Source: Oceanococcus sp. (GTDB lineage Bacteria > Pseudomonadota > Gammaproteobacteria > Nevskiales > Oceanococcaceae). Taken from it: a stretch of DNA of 63,494 nt. Positions 28,155 through 36,391 of this stretch are shown piece after piece (the stretch's first letter is position 1; each line of letters begins with the position of its first letter). The stretch spans positions 1-63,494 of the forward strand of contig JBFKEC010000001.1 in the NCBI GenBank assembly GCA_041619315.1. The letters run 5' to 3'. The notes beneath the pieces were generated by a model. That model saw nothing but the letters and a program-made list of their open reading frames with translations, was not told the origin of the DNA and searched no databases. Made by a program: the position numbers and the translations under genes.

Positions 28155-29576
28155 CTAATAGACATCGCTGCGGTAGCGCCCACTTTCGCGCAGGGCATGC
28201 AGGCGGGATTGACCAAGGATCTCAGTCAATGCGGCGCAAACGCCCGGCGCCATGCCGTGGCTGCTGCCGCAGACGTAAATGCAGGCCCCCTGGTCAATCC
28301 AATGGCGAACTTCATCGCGCTTCGCCAGCAGGGCATCCTGAACATAGCGCAGGGCTTCGCCCTCGCGTGAGAAGGTCAGGTCCAGGTGTGCAAGCTGGCC
28401 ATGCGTGACGGCGTCATCAAGTTCCGGCCCAAACAGGCGGTCATGCTTGCGGCTGCGTTCACCGAACAGTAACCAGTTGCAGTGGGCCTGATTGTGCTGG
28501 CGGGCATGCAAATGCGCACGCAAGCCGGCAAGGCCAGTGCCGTTGCCAATCAGAATGAGCGGGGCGCTGTGCGCTGGTGGATGGAAATTTCGATTTTCGC
28601 GGATGCGCAGGCGCACGCTATCGCCGAGCTGCAGCTGTTGCGTGAGATATTGCGAGCCCAGGCCAAGCTTGCCGTTTTCATCCCGCATCTGGCGGACCAA
28701 CAGCTCGAGCCGTCCGGTGGTCGCGATGGAGGCGATCGAGTACTCGCGTTTGTGTGCGTTCTTTGGGTTGCTGCCAGGCACGGCAATTTCAGCGATGTCG
28801 CCAGCCTGCCAGCTGAGCATAGCCGGGTCATCGGTTGTGAGGGCGAGGCGGAATATCGCTCCGCCGGGGCTGCCGGGGTTGAGATGCTCACGTGCCTGCA
28901 ATTGCCAAGTGGTGGCATTGTCGTCCGCCCAGTTGAGCGCGGGCCTGGCCAGCGCCCGGGCGATAGCCTGTTGCCATTGAGCCAGATCATCGGCGTCGTG
29001 ATTGTCCACTTCAATGCGCGGGAACAGGGCCGTGGCTTTGTTGATGTGCAGCCAGGCGTCGAGCGACCGGCCAAAGGCGCAGTAGTGCGGGTAGCTGCTA
29101 TCGCCCAGGGCCAGCAGGCCGTAGCTCAGATCAGACAGGTCCGCAGACTGATGCATTCGATTGCGGGCAAACGCCAGGGCATGGTCGGGTGGGTCGCCTT
29201 CACCGGTGGTGCTGACTACAAACAACCAACGCATGCTGGTCGAGATGAGGGCCGGCTCGAACTGCTCCAGTGCAAGCACGCGGGTGAGGCATTGCGGACT
29301 GTGCAATGCCTGGGCGGTTTGCCGCGCAAGCCGTTCTGCGCTGCCGCTCTGGCTGGCGTAGACCAGGGTCACGTCAGCTCGGCTGGTTGTTGGGCGACGC
29401 CGATGCCACAGCAATGCGATGCACAACGCTATGTATGTCGTGACTGTCAGCCCGGCGCCAGCTAAGCGGCTGGCATCGGGCGGTGTCCAGACAAAAGGTG
29501 CGGGTTGCCATAGCCACAACAGCCCGGCCAGCGCCAGCAGGGCGAAGCTGATCAGTAAATGGGCAGTGGCGTGCAT
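28155..29576 (-). CDS. Membrane-anchored diflavin oxidoreductase (flavodoxin + FAD/NAD(P)H reductase; CysJ-like fold)
   Basis: Two N-terminal TMs, YASQSGSAE, STTGEGDPP, LGDSSY, REYSIAS, GNGTGLAG, IYVCGS, YRSDVY. Confidence 0.88.
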   Translation of the reverse strand: MHATAHLLISFALLALAGLLWLWQPAPFVWTPPDASRLAGAGLTVTTYIALCIALLWHRRRPTTSRADVTLVYASQSGSAERLARQTAQALHSPQCLTRVLALEQFEPALISTSMRWLFVVSTTGEGDPPDHALAFARNRMHQSADLSDLSYGLLALGDSSYPHYCAFGRSLDAWLHINKATALFPRIEVDNHDADDLAQWQQAIARALARPALNWADDNATTWQLQAREHLNPGSPGGAIFRLALTTDDPAMLSWQAGDIAEIAVPGSNPKNAHKREYSIASIATTGRLELLVRQMRDENGKLGLGSQYLTQQLQLGDSVRLRIRENRNFHPPAHSAPLILIGNGTGLAGLRAHLHARQHNQAHCNWLLFGERSRKHDRLFGPELDDAVTHGQLAHLDLTFSREGEALRYVQDALLAKRDEVRHWIDQGACIYVCGSSHGMAPGVCAALTEILGQSRLHALRESGRYRSDVY

Positions 29577-29594
29577 GCGCGCAACCCTGGCCGC

Positions 29595-30416
29595 CTAAGG
29601 CGACAGCACTTCCAGGATGGCGGTGAAGCTGAGGCTGCGCTCGGTCGCCGGCTTGGTGGCCTTGTTGTCGCGCAGGCTGGTGTTCATCCAGTACATCCCC
29701 GGGCCGGGCCAGTTGATGATGACGCGGCCATCCTTGTCGGTCGTCAGCTTGATCGCCTGCACCGCATCGCGATAGCGCAGGCCATCCGCCACGATTTTGA
29801 TCGGCTGGTCGCTGGCCGGTTGGCCGTCGAGCAGCAGTTGGAAGGTTGCCGGCTCATCGCTGTAGAGGTCATTGAACGGCGTGACCGGAACCAGTTCCAG
29901 GCCCTTGCCTGTGGGCTTGTGCGCCCGGTTGTCCGGCTGGCCCGCCGTGACATAGGTTTCCATCCGGCGCAGCATTTCCGTCACGCGCAGTTTGGTGGCG
30001 TCTGGCGGCACTTGTTTGGCCAGGCCAGCGGCGCTGAACGTGCTGCCGCGCGGCGGCCAGCGGTGGCGCTGCTCACCCTCCTGCCAACTCGCCATCATGC
30101 TGTCGAACAGCACCGCGATCTTGTAGGTACCTTCCTGTTCAAGCTGTAGATCGAAGGTGCTGCGCAGCTTTCCGGTTGCGAGATTGTGCGCTTCGGCGGC
30201 CGAGCCGTCCGGCGCGGTAATGTGCAGGTTGTCGCTGTTCAGACGCAGTGGCGCATGATCCTTGATGAACGGCTGGGTCGATGCGGCTGCGTCCACAGTG
30301 ACCCACTGTCCGGTCGCGAGCACGGTCTTTGAGGGTAGCAGCCAGGTGTCATGGGCCAGCGCGCTGAGCGGTGTCAGCAGGGCCGCGCCGAGCGCGGCGG
30401 AGTAAAGCAGTTTCAT
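29595..30416 (-). CDS. DUF4198-like periplasmic protein
   Basis: Signal peptide then AHDTWLLPS, GLELVPVTPFNDL, GLRYRD, TDKDG; usual position after DUF2271. Confidence 0.78.
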   Translation of the reverse strand: MKLLYSAALGAALLTPLSALAHDTWLLPSKTVLATGQWVTVDAAASTQPFIKDHAPLRLNSDNLHITAPDGSAAEAHNLATGKLRSTFDLQLEQEGTYKIAVLFDSMMASWQEGEQRHRWPPRGSTFSAAGLAKQVPPDATKLRVTEMLRRMETYVTAGQPDNRAHKPTGKGLELVPVTPFNDLYSDEPATFQLLLDGQPASDQPIKIVADGLRYRDAVQAIKLTTDKDGRVIINWPGPGMYWMNTSLRDNKATKPATERSLSFTAILEVLSP

Positions 30417-30439
30417 GTGATGTTTCCTGTGGGGAGAGA

Positions 30440-30970
30440 TCAGGGGGTGATCGTCACGCGGATGGCGCCGAGTTCGCTGCCGCCCTGACCATTGAGGGTC
30501 AGCGGTGCTGTCGCAGGCCAGTCAAAAGGAAGATCAATCAGTTCGCGCCCGCCTTCTTCGCGTGCGGCTTCGATGCGCAGTTTGTAGTGCCCGGGCGCCA
30601 GGTCTGGCTGGTCCGTGGTGTCGAGTTGAAAACTCATACGATGCACGCCCACCGCGCGGGTGGCCGCGCTGACGCCATCCAAGGGCAGGTCCAGCGCGCG
30701 CCCCGTGCGGCGCCACCATTGGCGCAAGTCGGGCAGCCATTTGCTGCCTTGCTCTGCATTCGGTGACGGATTGCGGCGATCCTGCTGGTACCAGACCAGC
30801 AGATTGCGCGCGACATGGCGCGAGTCATCCTCAATCCACGCGGCCACATATGGGCGGTGGTATTCGGCGACGTCCAATTGTGGAATCTCAAGGCTGAGAT
30901 CGAGTTGGGCGGCCAGGCTAGGCAGTGACCAGGCTGCACAAATGCATAGCCCCAGCGGTGTCAGACGCAT
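30440..30970 (-). CDS. DUF2271 periplasmic protein
   Basis: VAEYHRPYVAAWI, KWLPDLRQWWRR, DGVSAATR, IEAAREEGGRE, GGSELG. Confidence 0.85.
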   Translation of the reverse strand: MRLTPLGLCICAAWSLPSLAAQLDLSLEIPQLDVAEYHRPYVAAWIEDDSRHVARNLLVWYQQDRRNPSPNAEQGSKWLPDLRQWWRRTGRALDLPLDGVSAATRAVGVHRMSFQLDTTDQPDLAPGHYKLRIEAAREEGGRELIDLPFDWPATAPLTLNGQGGSELGAIRVTITP

Positions 30971-30988
30971 GATGAACCTCCGTGTTTT

Positions 30989-31663
30989 TCAGTGAATGAA
31001 CACAATTGCCAGCAGTGCCGGCAGCACCAGGCCCAGACCGACCAACGGCCAGGTCAGGCCGCGCTGGCGGGCGTGCATGTGCAAAAGGAGCAGCCCGCTG
31101 AGCGAAAAGATCAGGCAGGCCACAGCAAAGATGTCGATAAACCAGCTCCACACCGGGCCGGCGTTGCGACCCTTGTGCAGATCATTGAAATACGCGACCC
31201 AGCCACGCTCGGTGCGTTCGTATTCGATGAAGCCGTCATCCAGGAAGATGCTCAACCAGGCATCGCCCCCCGGACGCGGCAGACTCAAATAGACCTCGTC
31301 GTCGAGCCATTCCGCTTGATGCGCGCCAAGTTGCAGCGACCATTCACGGCGGAGCCAGTCGCGCACCCGCAAGGGCAGGGCGCCACCGTTTTCGGCCGCC
31401 TTGCGCAAAGTCTCGAGCTCGCGCTTGGGCAGTTCTGCGCTCAGCGTGGTGATGACCGGTTTGGCCGGAATCTGGGCAGCATGATTCAGGGTGATACCGG
31501 TCGCGCTGAACAGCAACATGCCGACCAGGCACAGGGCCGAACTGATCCAGTGCCACTGGCGGATCAGGGCCAGCCAGTGCGCACGCAAGCGTGCGCCGCC
31601 TGTGAGGTTGATGGTGGCACTGCTTTGCGCGGGCAGGTCCGTGGTTGGCTTAGAAACTGACAT
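30989..31663 (-). CDS. PepSY-associated TM protein (putative haem b membrane protein)
   Basis: WHWISSA..FSATGITLNH, SLPRPGGDAW, NDLHKGRNAG.VWSWFID. Confidence 0.85.
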   Translation of the reverse strand: MSVSKPTTDLPAQSSATINLTGGARLRAHWLALIRQWHWISSALCLVGMLLFSATGITLNHAAQIPAKPVITTLSAELPKRELETLRKAAENGGALPLRVRDWLRREWSLQLGAHQAEWLDDEVYLSLPRPGGDAWLSIFLDDGFIEYERTERGWVAYFNDLHKGRNAGPVWSWFIDIFAVACLIFSLSGLLLLHMHARQRGLTWPLVGLGLVLPALLAIVFIH

Positions 31664-34037
31664 TCAGGCTGAGCCACAAATTGCGCGCTTTGTCCTTGTT
31701 GTTGTAATCGTCCAGGTAAACCGGCTCGTAGCTGCCATCCCCCAGGTCCTCGAAATCGGTTTCGAACGAGGTCAGATCGTCATCCAGCAGATTGTTGATG
31801 CGCGCGGCTACAAAAACGTTCGGAGTGAAGCGATATTGGCCAGCCAGGTGCAGGACTTCATAACTCTTGTAGTAGAGCGGGTTGCCGTTGTCGTCCTGGC
31901 TGCCGCGATAGCGCTTGGAGCGCACCTCGCCAATCAGTTGCAGGCTCAGCTGGCCGCTTACGGTCCAGTCCAGGGTGGCGTTGTACATGTGCTTGGCAGC
32001 CTGGGTCAGCGGCAGCCCGGCCTCGTCACCGCTTTTGCGTTCGCTATCGGTGTAGGTGTAATTGGCGCGCAGTGACAGCGGTGCGGCCAGGCGCAGTTTG
32101 CCGGCCAGTTCCAGGCCGCGTATCTGCGCCTTGTCCACATTGATGTACTGATTGACGTTGCCGACCCCGATCACCGAGTAGTATTCGCCAAGGTTTACGC
32201 ATGGACGCACGCCGCCGGTTTCTGTGCAGCTCTGGCTGACCTCGGCGCGTTCGATCTTGTCTTCGAAATCATTGTGAAAGACCGTGATGTTGGCGTTGTG
32301 ATCGCCATCTGCGGAGTTCCAGTACAGCGCGATTTCGCTGTTGACGCTGGTTTCCGGTTCAAGCTCGGGGTTGCCCGCCCAGGGCGTCGTGCCCTGGCCA
32401 CCAAAGCCGGTGATGCCATCGTAGAGATCGGTGGTTTTGGGTGTTTTGTAGCCGGTGCTGACACCACCCTTGAGCACCAGGCTGGAGCTCAGGTCATACA
32501 CCGCGTAGGCGCGCGGGCTGAGATGGCCGCCGAACAGATTGTGATCGTCGCGACGCAGACCCAGCGTAATGGTCAGCGGCTCGATCGGGGTCCAGTTGTT
32601 CTCGGCAAACAGTGACCACATGCGGTGTTCCTGCACAGTGCCGTTGCCGTAGCCGCCGGATTCCATGCCAAACACGCCATCCTCGAGTTCGCCATCAATG
32701 AGCTGAAAGCCGGTGATGACATGATGTTTGCCGGCGAAGCCTTCAAGCGGGAAATCAATTTTCCCATCCAGGGTGTACTGACGGCTTTGCATGACGCGTT
32801 TGGGGCGCGGCAGGAATTCGGCTTCAGCCAGCGCGCGCCGTTCATCCTCGGACAGGTCGGCGTAGTCGCCGGTCGCGCGGTACATCTCGGTGAGCAATTC
32901 GCGTTCGGCGACCGAGAACGGCAGCGTTCGTCCATCATTGCTGGTTTCGATGTAGCTGAGCGAAAGAAGACTCTGGGCGAAGTCCCAGTCGCCCTGATGG
33001 CTCAATGCCCACTGGTCACGGGTAAAGGTCTGTTCGGCACCATAGCCGACGCGCGGGGCGACCACACCGCCGCGTTCCTGCCACACCGTGTCAATGCTGT
33101 CGACCGTGCCCAGCGGGTAGGCAAGACTGCCCAGATTGTTGATGTAGGGCGAATTGTCATAGTCCTGCTCGGACTGATCAAGGTCGATGCTAATGGTGTG
33201 GTTTTCGCTTGGTGTCCAACTCAGGCTCAGGCCGAGAGACTGATTGGTGTTGTTCACGGTCTTGCCGCCGCTGCCGAAGCCAAGACTGCGCTCATGGTTT
33301 TGACCTGACGGGTCGGTGATGGTGTCGTATTCCGGGGTCGAGGCATCGCGCTGATACCACGAGCCGCGAACACTCAGGCCCAGGGTGTTGGCAATCAGTG
33401 GCCCGGTTGCGGCAAAGTCGATGGTGCTGTCGCTGCCAAAGTCATCGTTCTCCTGAATGTTGTGACTAAACGTTGCTGATCCGGTCCAGCGCGTGGACAC
33501 CTTGCGAGTGATGATGTTGATGACCCCGCCCAGCGCGTCGGCGCCGTACAGCGTGGATGTCGGACCTCGGATCACTTCTATGCGTTCGACCATGTCCAGC
33601 GGCGGAATGTGGTTGAACTGATTGCCGCCAAAATTGTTGGGGTAGATGTCGCCATGGTTGTTCTGGCGGCGGCCGTTAATCAGGATCAGGGTGTAGTCCG
33701 AACCCATGCCGCGGATACTGATGGTTTTCTGGCCGGTTTTGTCTGCGGTTTCGCCCACATCCACGCCTTCCAGATCACGCACTGCATCGATCAGCGTCAT
33801 ATAGGGGCGCTTGATCAGGTCGTCGCGGGTGATGACCGAAATGCTTGCTGGCGCATCGACAATCTTCTGTTCGAAACCGGAGGCCGTGACCACCATCTCT
33901 TCCAGACTCACGGCGGCAACATCAAGCGGCGCAACCATGCTGGTCGAGTCCTCGGCCAGCGCCGCGGGACTGCACAGCAGTGCGCTGGAGCACAGTGTGA
34001 GTGAGAGGGTGCGGATGCGGCTTTCGAGTCTGTTCAT
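31650..34037 (-). CDS. TonB-dependent receptor, IrgA/CirA-like (iron-regulated)
   Basis: EEMVVTASGFEQKIVDAPASISVI, IRGMGSDYTLILINGRRQ, RIEVIRGP, GNPELEPETS, terminal F; GGAGG SD before ATG 34037. Confidence 0.93.
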   Translation of the reverse strand: MNRLESRIRTLSLTLCSSALLCSPAALAEDSTSMVAPLDVAAVSLEEMVVTASGFEQKIVDAPASISVITRDDLIKRPYMTLIDAVRDLEGVDVGETADKTGQKTISIRGMGSDYTLILINGRRQNNHGDIYPNNFGGNQFNHIPPLDMVERIEVIRGPTSTLYGADALGGVINIITRKVSTRWTGSATFSHNIQENDDFGSDSTIDFAATGPLIANTLGLSVRGSWYQRDASTPEYDTITDPSGQNHERSLGFGSGGKTVNNTNQSLGLSLSWTPSENHTISIDLDQSEQDYDNSPYINNLGSLAYPLGTVDSIDTVWQERGGVVAPRVGYGAEQTFTRDQWALSHQGDWDFAQSLLSLSYIETSNDGRTLPFSVAERELLTEMYRATGDYADLSEDERRALAEAEFLPRPKRVMQSRQYTLDGKIDFPLEGFAGKHHVITGFQLIDGELEDGVFGMESGGYGNGTVQEHRMWSLFAENNWTPIEPLTITLGLRRDDHNLFGGHLSPRAYAVYDLSSSLVLKGGVSTGYKTPKTTDLYDGITGFGGQGTTPWAGNPELEPETSVNSEIALYWNSADGDHNANITVFHNDFEDKIERAEVSQSCTETGGVRPCVNLGEYYSVIGVGNVNQYINVDKAQIRGLELAGKLRLAAPLSLRANYTYTDSERKSGDEAGLPLTQAAKHMYNATLDWTVSGQLSLQLIGEVRSKRYRGSQDDNGNPLYYKSYEVLHLAGQYRFTPNVFVAARINNLLDDDLTSFETDFEDLGDGSYEPVYLDDYNNKDKARNLWLSLNVSF

Positions 34038-34257
34038 TGTGCCTCCCTGGCAGATGGAGGCTCTGCGCGTCCCGTGCTTGCAGAGCCTCGTTGAATGCGC
34101 GCTGGCGTATTCCGGTTGTTGTGTTGTGAGCGACATGCTCGGCCGATGGAGGTGTGCCACACGTTTGAGCGTGACCATTGCGCAGCGCCGCGGCTGCGCA
34201 GGTGGTTCAGGCTGGAGCGCGTGGCGGGTGGCCACCGACATACAAATGATGTCGGTA

Positions 34258-34286
34258 AAGGTAATGCAAATGATAGTAATTCGCAA
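34258..34286 (-). promoter_or_regulatory. Sigma70 promoter with overlapping Fur box
   Basis: Minus strand TTGCGA-17nt-TACCTT; GCAAATGATAGTAATTCGC (34266-34284) matches 13/19 of the Fur consensus GATAATGATAATCATTATC. Confidence 0.75.
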
Positions 34287-34335
34287 TAAAGAAATTAAGC
34301 GAGGCCAATTCGCCCGCTCAAAGCGTTGCTTTCAG

Positions 34336-35298
34336 TTAGCCGCCGAGGTGGTACATGCGCACTTCGCGCTCTGCATAGCCCGGTTCCGCAATGTACCCGG
34401 CGGGTTTGCGTCCGACAGCCGCAGTTATGGCCTGATCCAGGTTGTCGCCACGAAGACCGCGTAGCAGAGTGCCTTCGCGGCCGAACAGGCAGGTGTACAA
34501 GCGCCCGTCTGCGGTCAGTCGCAGGCGGTCGCAACGCGTGCAAAACGGTTGTGTGACCGTGGCGATGATGCCAAAGGTGTGGCCGGATTCGAGTTGATAT
34601 CGACGTGCCGGTGCGCCGTCCTGGGGTAAGGCCTTGAGCGGGTGGGCCTGGCGAATCGTGGCCAGAATGTCGTCGGCGCTGATTACGCGTTCACGCGTCC
34701 ACATCGCTTCATCATCCAGCGGCATGAATTCGATATAGCGCATTTCAACTGCGTGGGCGGTGGCGAATTCCAGCAAGGGCAGAATCTGATCATCGTTGTA
34801 GCCGCGAATGATCACCCCGTTGAGTTTTATGCCGAGCCCGGCGGCCCGCGCAGCGTCGATGCCGGCGAGCACATCGGCTGGCCCGTAACGGCCACGGCTG
34901 AGAGCTTGAAACTGCTCTGGATTCAGTGAATCCAGGGAAATATTGATGTCCTCAAGTCCGGCTTTTGCCAGCGCCTCGGCGTGGCGCGCAAGTTGCGCGG
35001 CGTTGCTGGTCATGGACAGTCGTTCCAGGCCCTGCGCGCGCAGTGTGTTGAGGCTGGCAATGATGTCGACCACGTCTTTGCGCAAAAGCGGTTCGCCGCC
35101 GGTGATGCGCAGTTTGCGGATTCCGTGCCGGGCTATAAAAACCTCGGCCATATCGAAGATGTCCTGGCGCGACATCAACGCCTTGGCGGGCATCCAGCGG
35201 GGTTTTTCCGGCATGCAGTAGGGGCAGCGGAAATTGCACCGATCGGTAATCGAAATGCGCAGCTTGCGATGGCCGCGGCCGTAGCTGTCTTCAAGCAC
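34336..35298 (-). CDS. moaA: GTP 3',8-cyclase MoaA
   Basis: LRISITDRCNFRCPYCM, TGGEPL, IEFMP, FCTRCDRLRLTADG..TCLF, C-terminal GG. Confidence 0.96.
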   Translation of the reverse strand: MLEDSYGRGHRKLRISITDRCNFRCPYCMPEKPRWMPAKALMSRQDIFDMAEVFIARHGIRKLRITGGEPLLRKDVVDIIASLNTLRAQGLERLSMTSNAAQLARHAEALAKAGLEDINISLDSLNPEQFQALSRGRYGPADVLAGIDAARAAGLGIKLNGVIIRGYNDDQILPLLEFATAHAVEMRYIEFMPLDDEAMWTRERVISADDILATIRQAHPLKALPQDGAPARRYQLESGHTFGIIATVTQPFCTRCDRLRLTADGRLYTCLFGREGTLLRGLRGDNLDQAITAAVGRKPAGYIAEPGYAEREVRMYHLGG

Positions 35299-35303
35299 CG
35301 CGC

Positions 35304-35888
35304 TTATCCCCGGCGCCGTTGGCGACGGCGCAGTTCCGCAGGGGTGTTGAGACTCCAGGTGGTGTGTGTGCTGCGAACCGTGACCGGTTCCAGGCCAAGC
35401 GTACGACAGGCATTGGAGGCGGAGCGTCCGCCGCTACGGCGGAAGCGGCCCAGTGCTGTGCGCGATTGGCGTGGTAGCAGGCAGTGCAGGTAATAGTGAT
35501 CGGCGTGGTGGCAGGCATAGCCGCCATGATGCGACCCGCGCGCCAGTTGTGCCAGCAGATCATTGGGCAGCGTGGCGCAATCGACGGGTACGCACAGGCA
35601 CCAGCGCCCCGATGCGCGTTTGAGTCCGGCCGCCAGCCCGGAAAGTGGCCCCAGCGAGCCTTGCTGATCCCAGGCGCGAAGGCTGCCGGTGGGCAAGCGC
35701 AGCGCATCACGAGGACGCGCGCGCACAACTATGACTTCCCGTGCGACAGTGCGCAGATGCACGCTCAGGCGCTGCAGCAGTGTGCGTCCACGCCAGGGCA
35801 GGCGTGCCTTGTCTCGACCGCCCAGACGTTGGCCACGGCCACCGGCAAGAATGATGGCGCTGGTGGACGAGCGGGACGGGCGGCGCAT
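35304..35888 (-). CDS. mobA: Molybdenum cofactor guanylyltransferase (divergent)
   Basis: ILAGGRGQRLGG.DKA, GPLSGL, VPVD, LNTPAEL; beside moaA. Confidence 0.8.
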   Translation of the reverse strand: MRRPSRSSTSAIILAGGRGQRLGGRDKARLPWRGRTLLQRLSVHLRTVAREVIVVRARPRDALRLPTGSLRAWDQQGSLGPLSGLAAGLKRASGRWCLCVPVDCATLPNDLLAQLARGSHHGGYACHHADHYYLHCLLPRQSRTALGRFRRSGGRSASNACRTLGLEPVTVRSTHTTWSLNTPAELRRRQRRRG

Positions 35889-35893
35889 GATCG

Positions 35894-36391
35894 CTAGGCG
35901 AGAGGGCCGGGGCGCTGCAGCTTCGGTCCGCTTGAGGTCGGCTGGTAGGCCACGCTGAACGTGTGCAGGAATTTCTCAGCCTGCTGCGGATTCAAACCAG
36001 CGGGTATTTCAAAACTGTCGAAGCCACAGCGCAGCATGTAGAACAACTGGTCATGCAGGACTTCGCCACAGGCGCGTAAGGTGCCCTTGAAGTGCAGGCG
36101 CTCGCGAAGCAAGCGGGCCTGGCTGTAGGCCCGGCCATCGGTAAAGGCGGGGAAGTTCAGCGCAATCAATGCCACATCGGCAAAGCTGTCGCTGGCCAGA
36201 GCATCGACGCATTGCGTGTTGTCCAGGCTTACGCCCACCGCTTTGGCCTCGTTCAGTAGCGCGTCGCGCTGCGCTTGCCAGCGGTTCAGGCTGACGATGA
36301 TCTGCGCCCCATCAGGGATGGCTTGCTCGTCGTCGAGGGTGAGCCACAGGTCCTGGCTGATGGTGCCGTCCGGGTTGAGTATGTCAGGCAT
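35894..36391 (-). CDS. DUF934 protein (sulfite reductase-associated)
   Basis: FPAFTDGRAYSQARLLRER, LRACGEVLHDQL..MLRCGFD; overlaps the cysI stop. Confidence 0.9.
   Translation of the reverse strand: MPDILNPDGTISQDLWLTLDDEQAIPDGAQIIVSLNRWQAQRDALLNEAKAVGVSLDNTQCVDALASDSFADVALIALNFPAFTDGRAYSQARLLRERLHFKGTLRACGEVLHDQLFYMLRCGFDSFEIPAGLNPQQAEKFLHTFSVAYQPTSSGPKLQRPGPLA

Noticed and set aside
28155-29576. Calling the diflavin reductase cysJ
   Set aside because: It has N-terminal TMs, is shorter than CysJ and belongs to the Fur-linked PepSY/DUF2271 operon; the CysI here is the DUF934-associated type.
34038-34257. Cobalamin or Moco riboswitch in the receptor leader
   Set aside because: I could not see their conserved sequence elements by eye; reported only as an unclassified structured leader pending an Rfam scan.
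34038-34286. 83-aa N-terminal extension of the iron receptor
   Set aside because: The extension overlaps the promoter and Fur box; ATG 34037 has a strong SD followed by a signal peptide.
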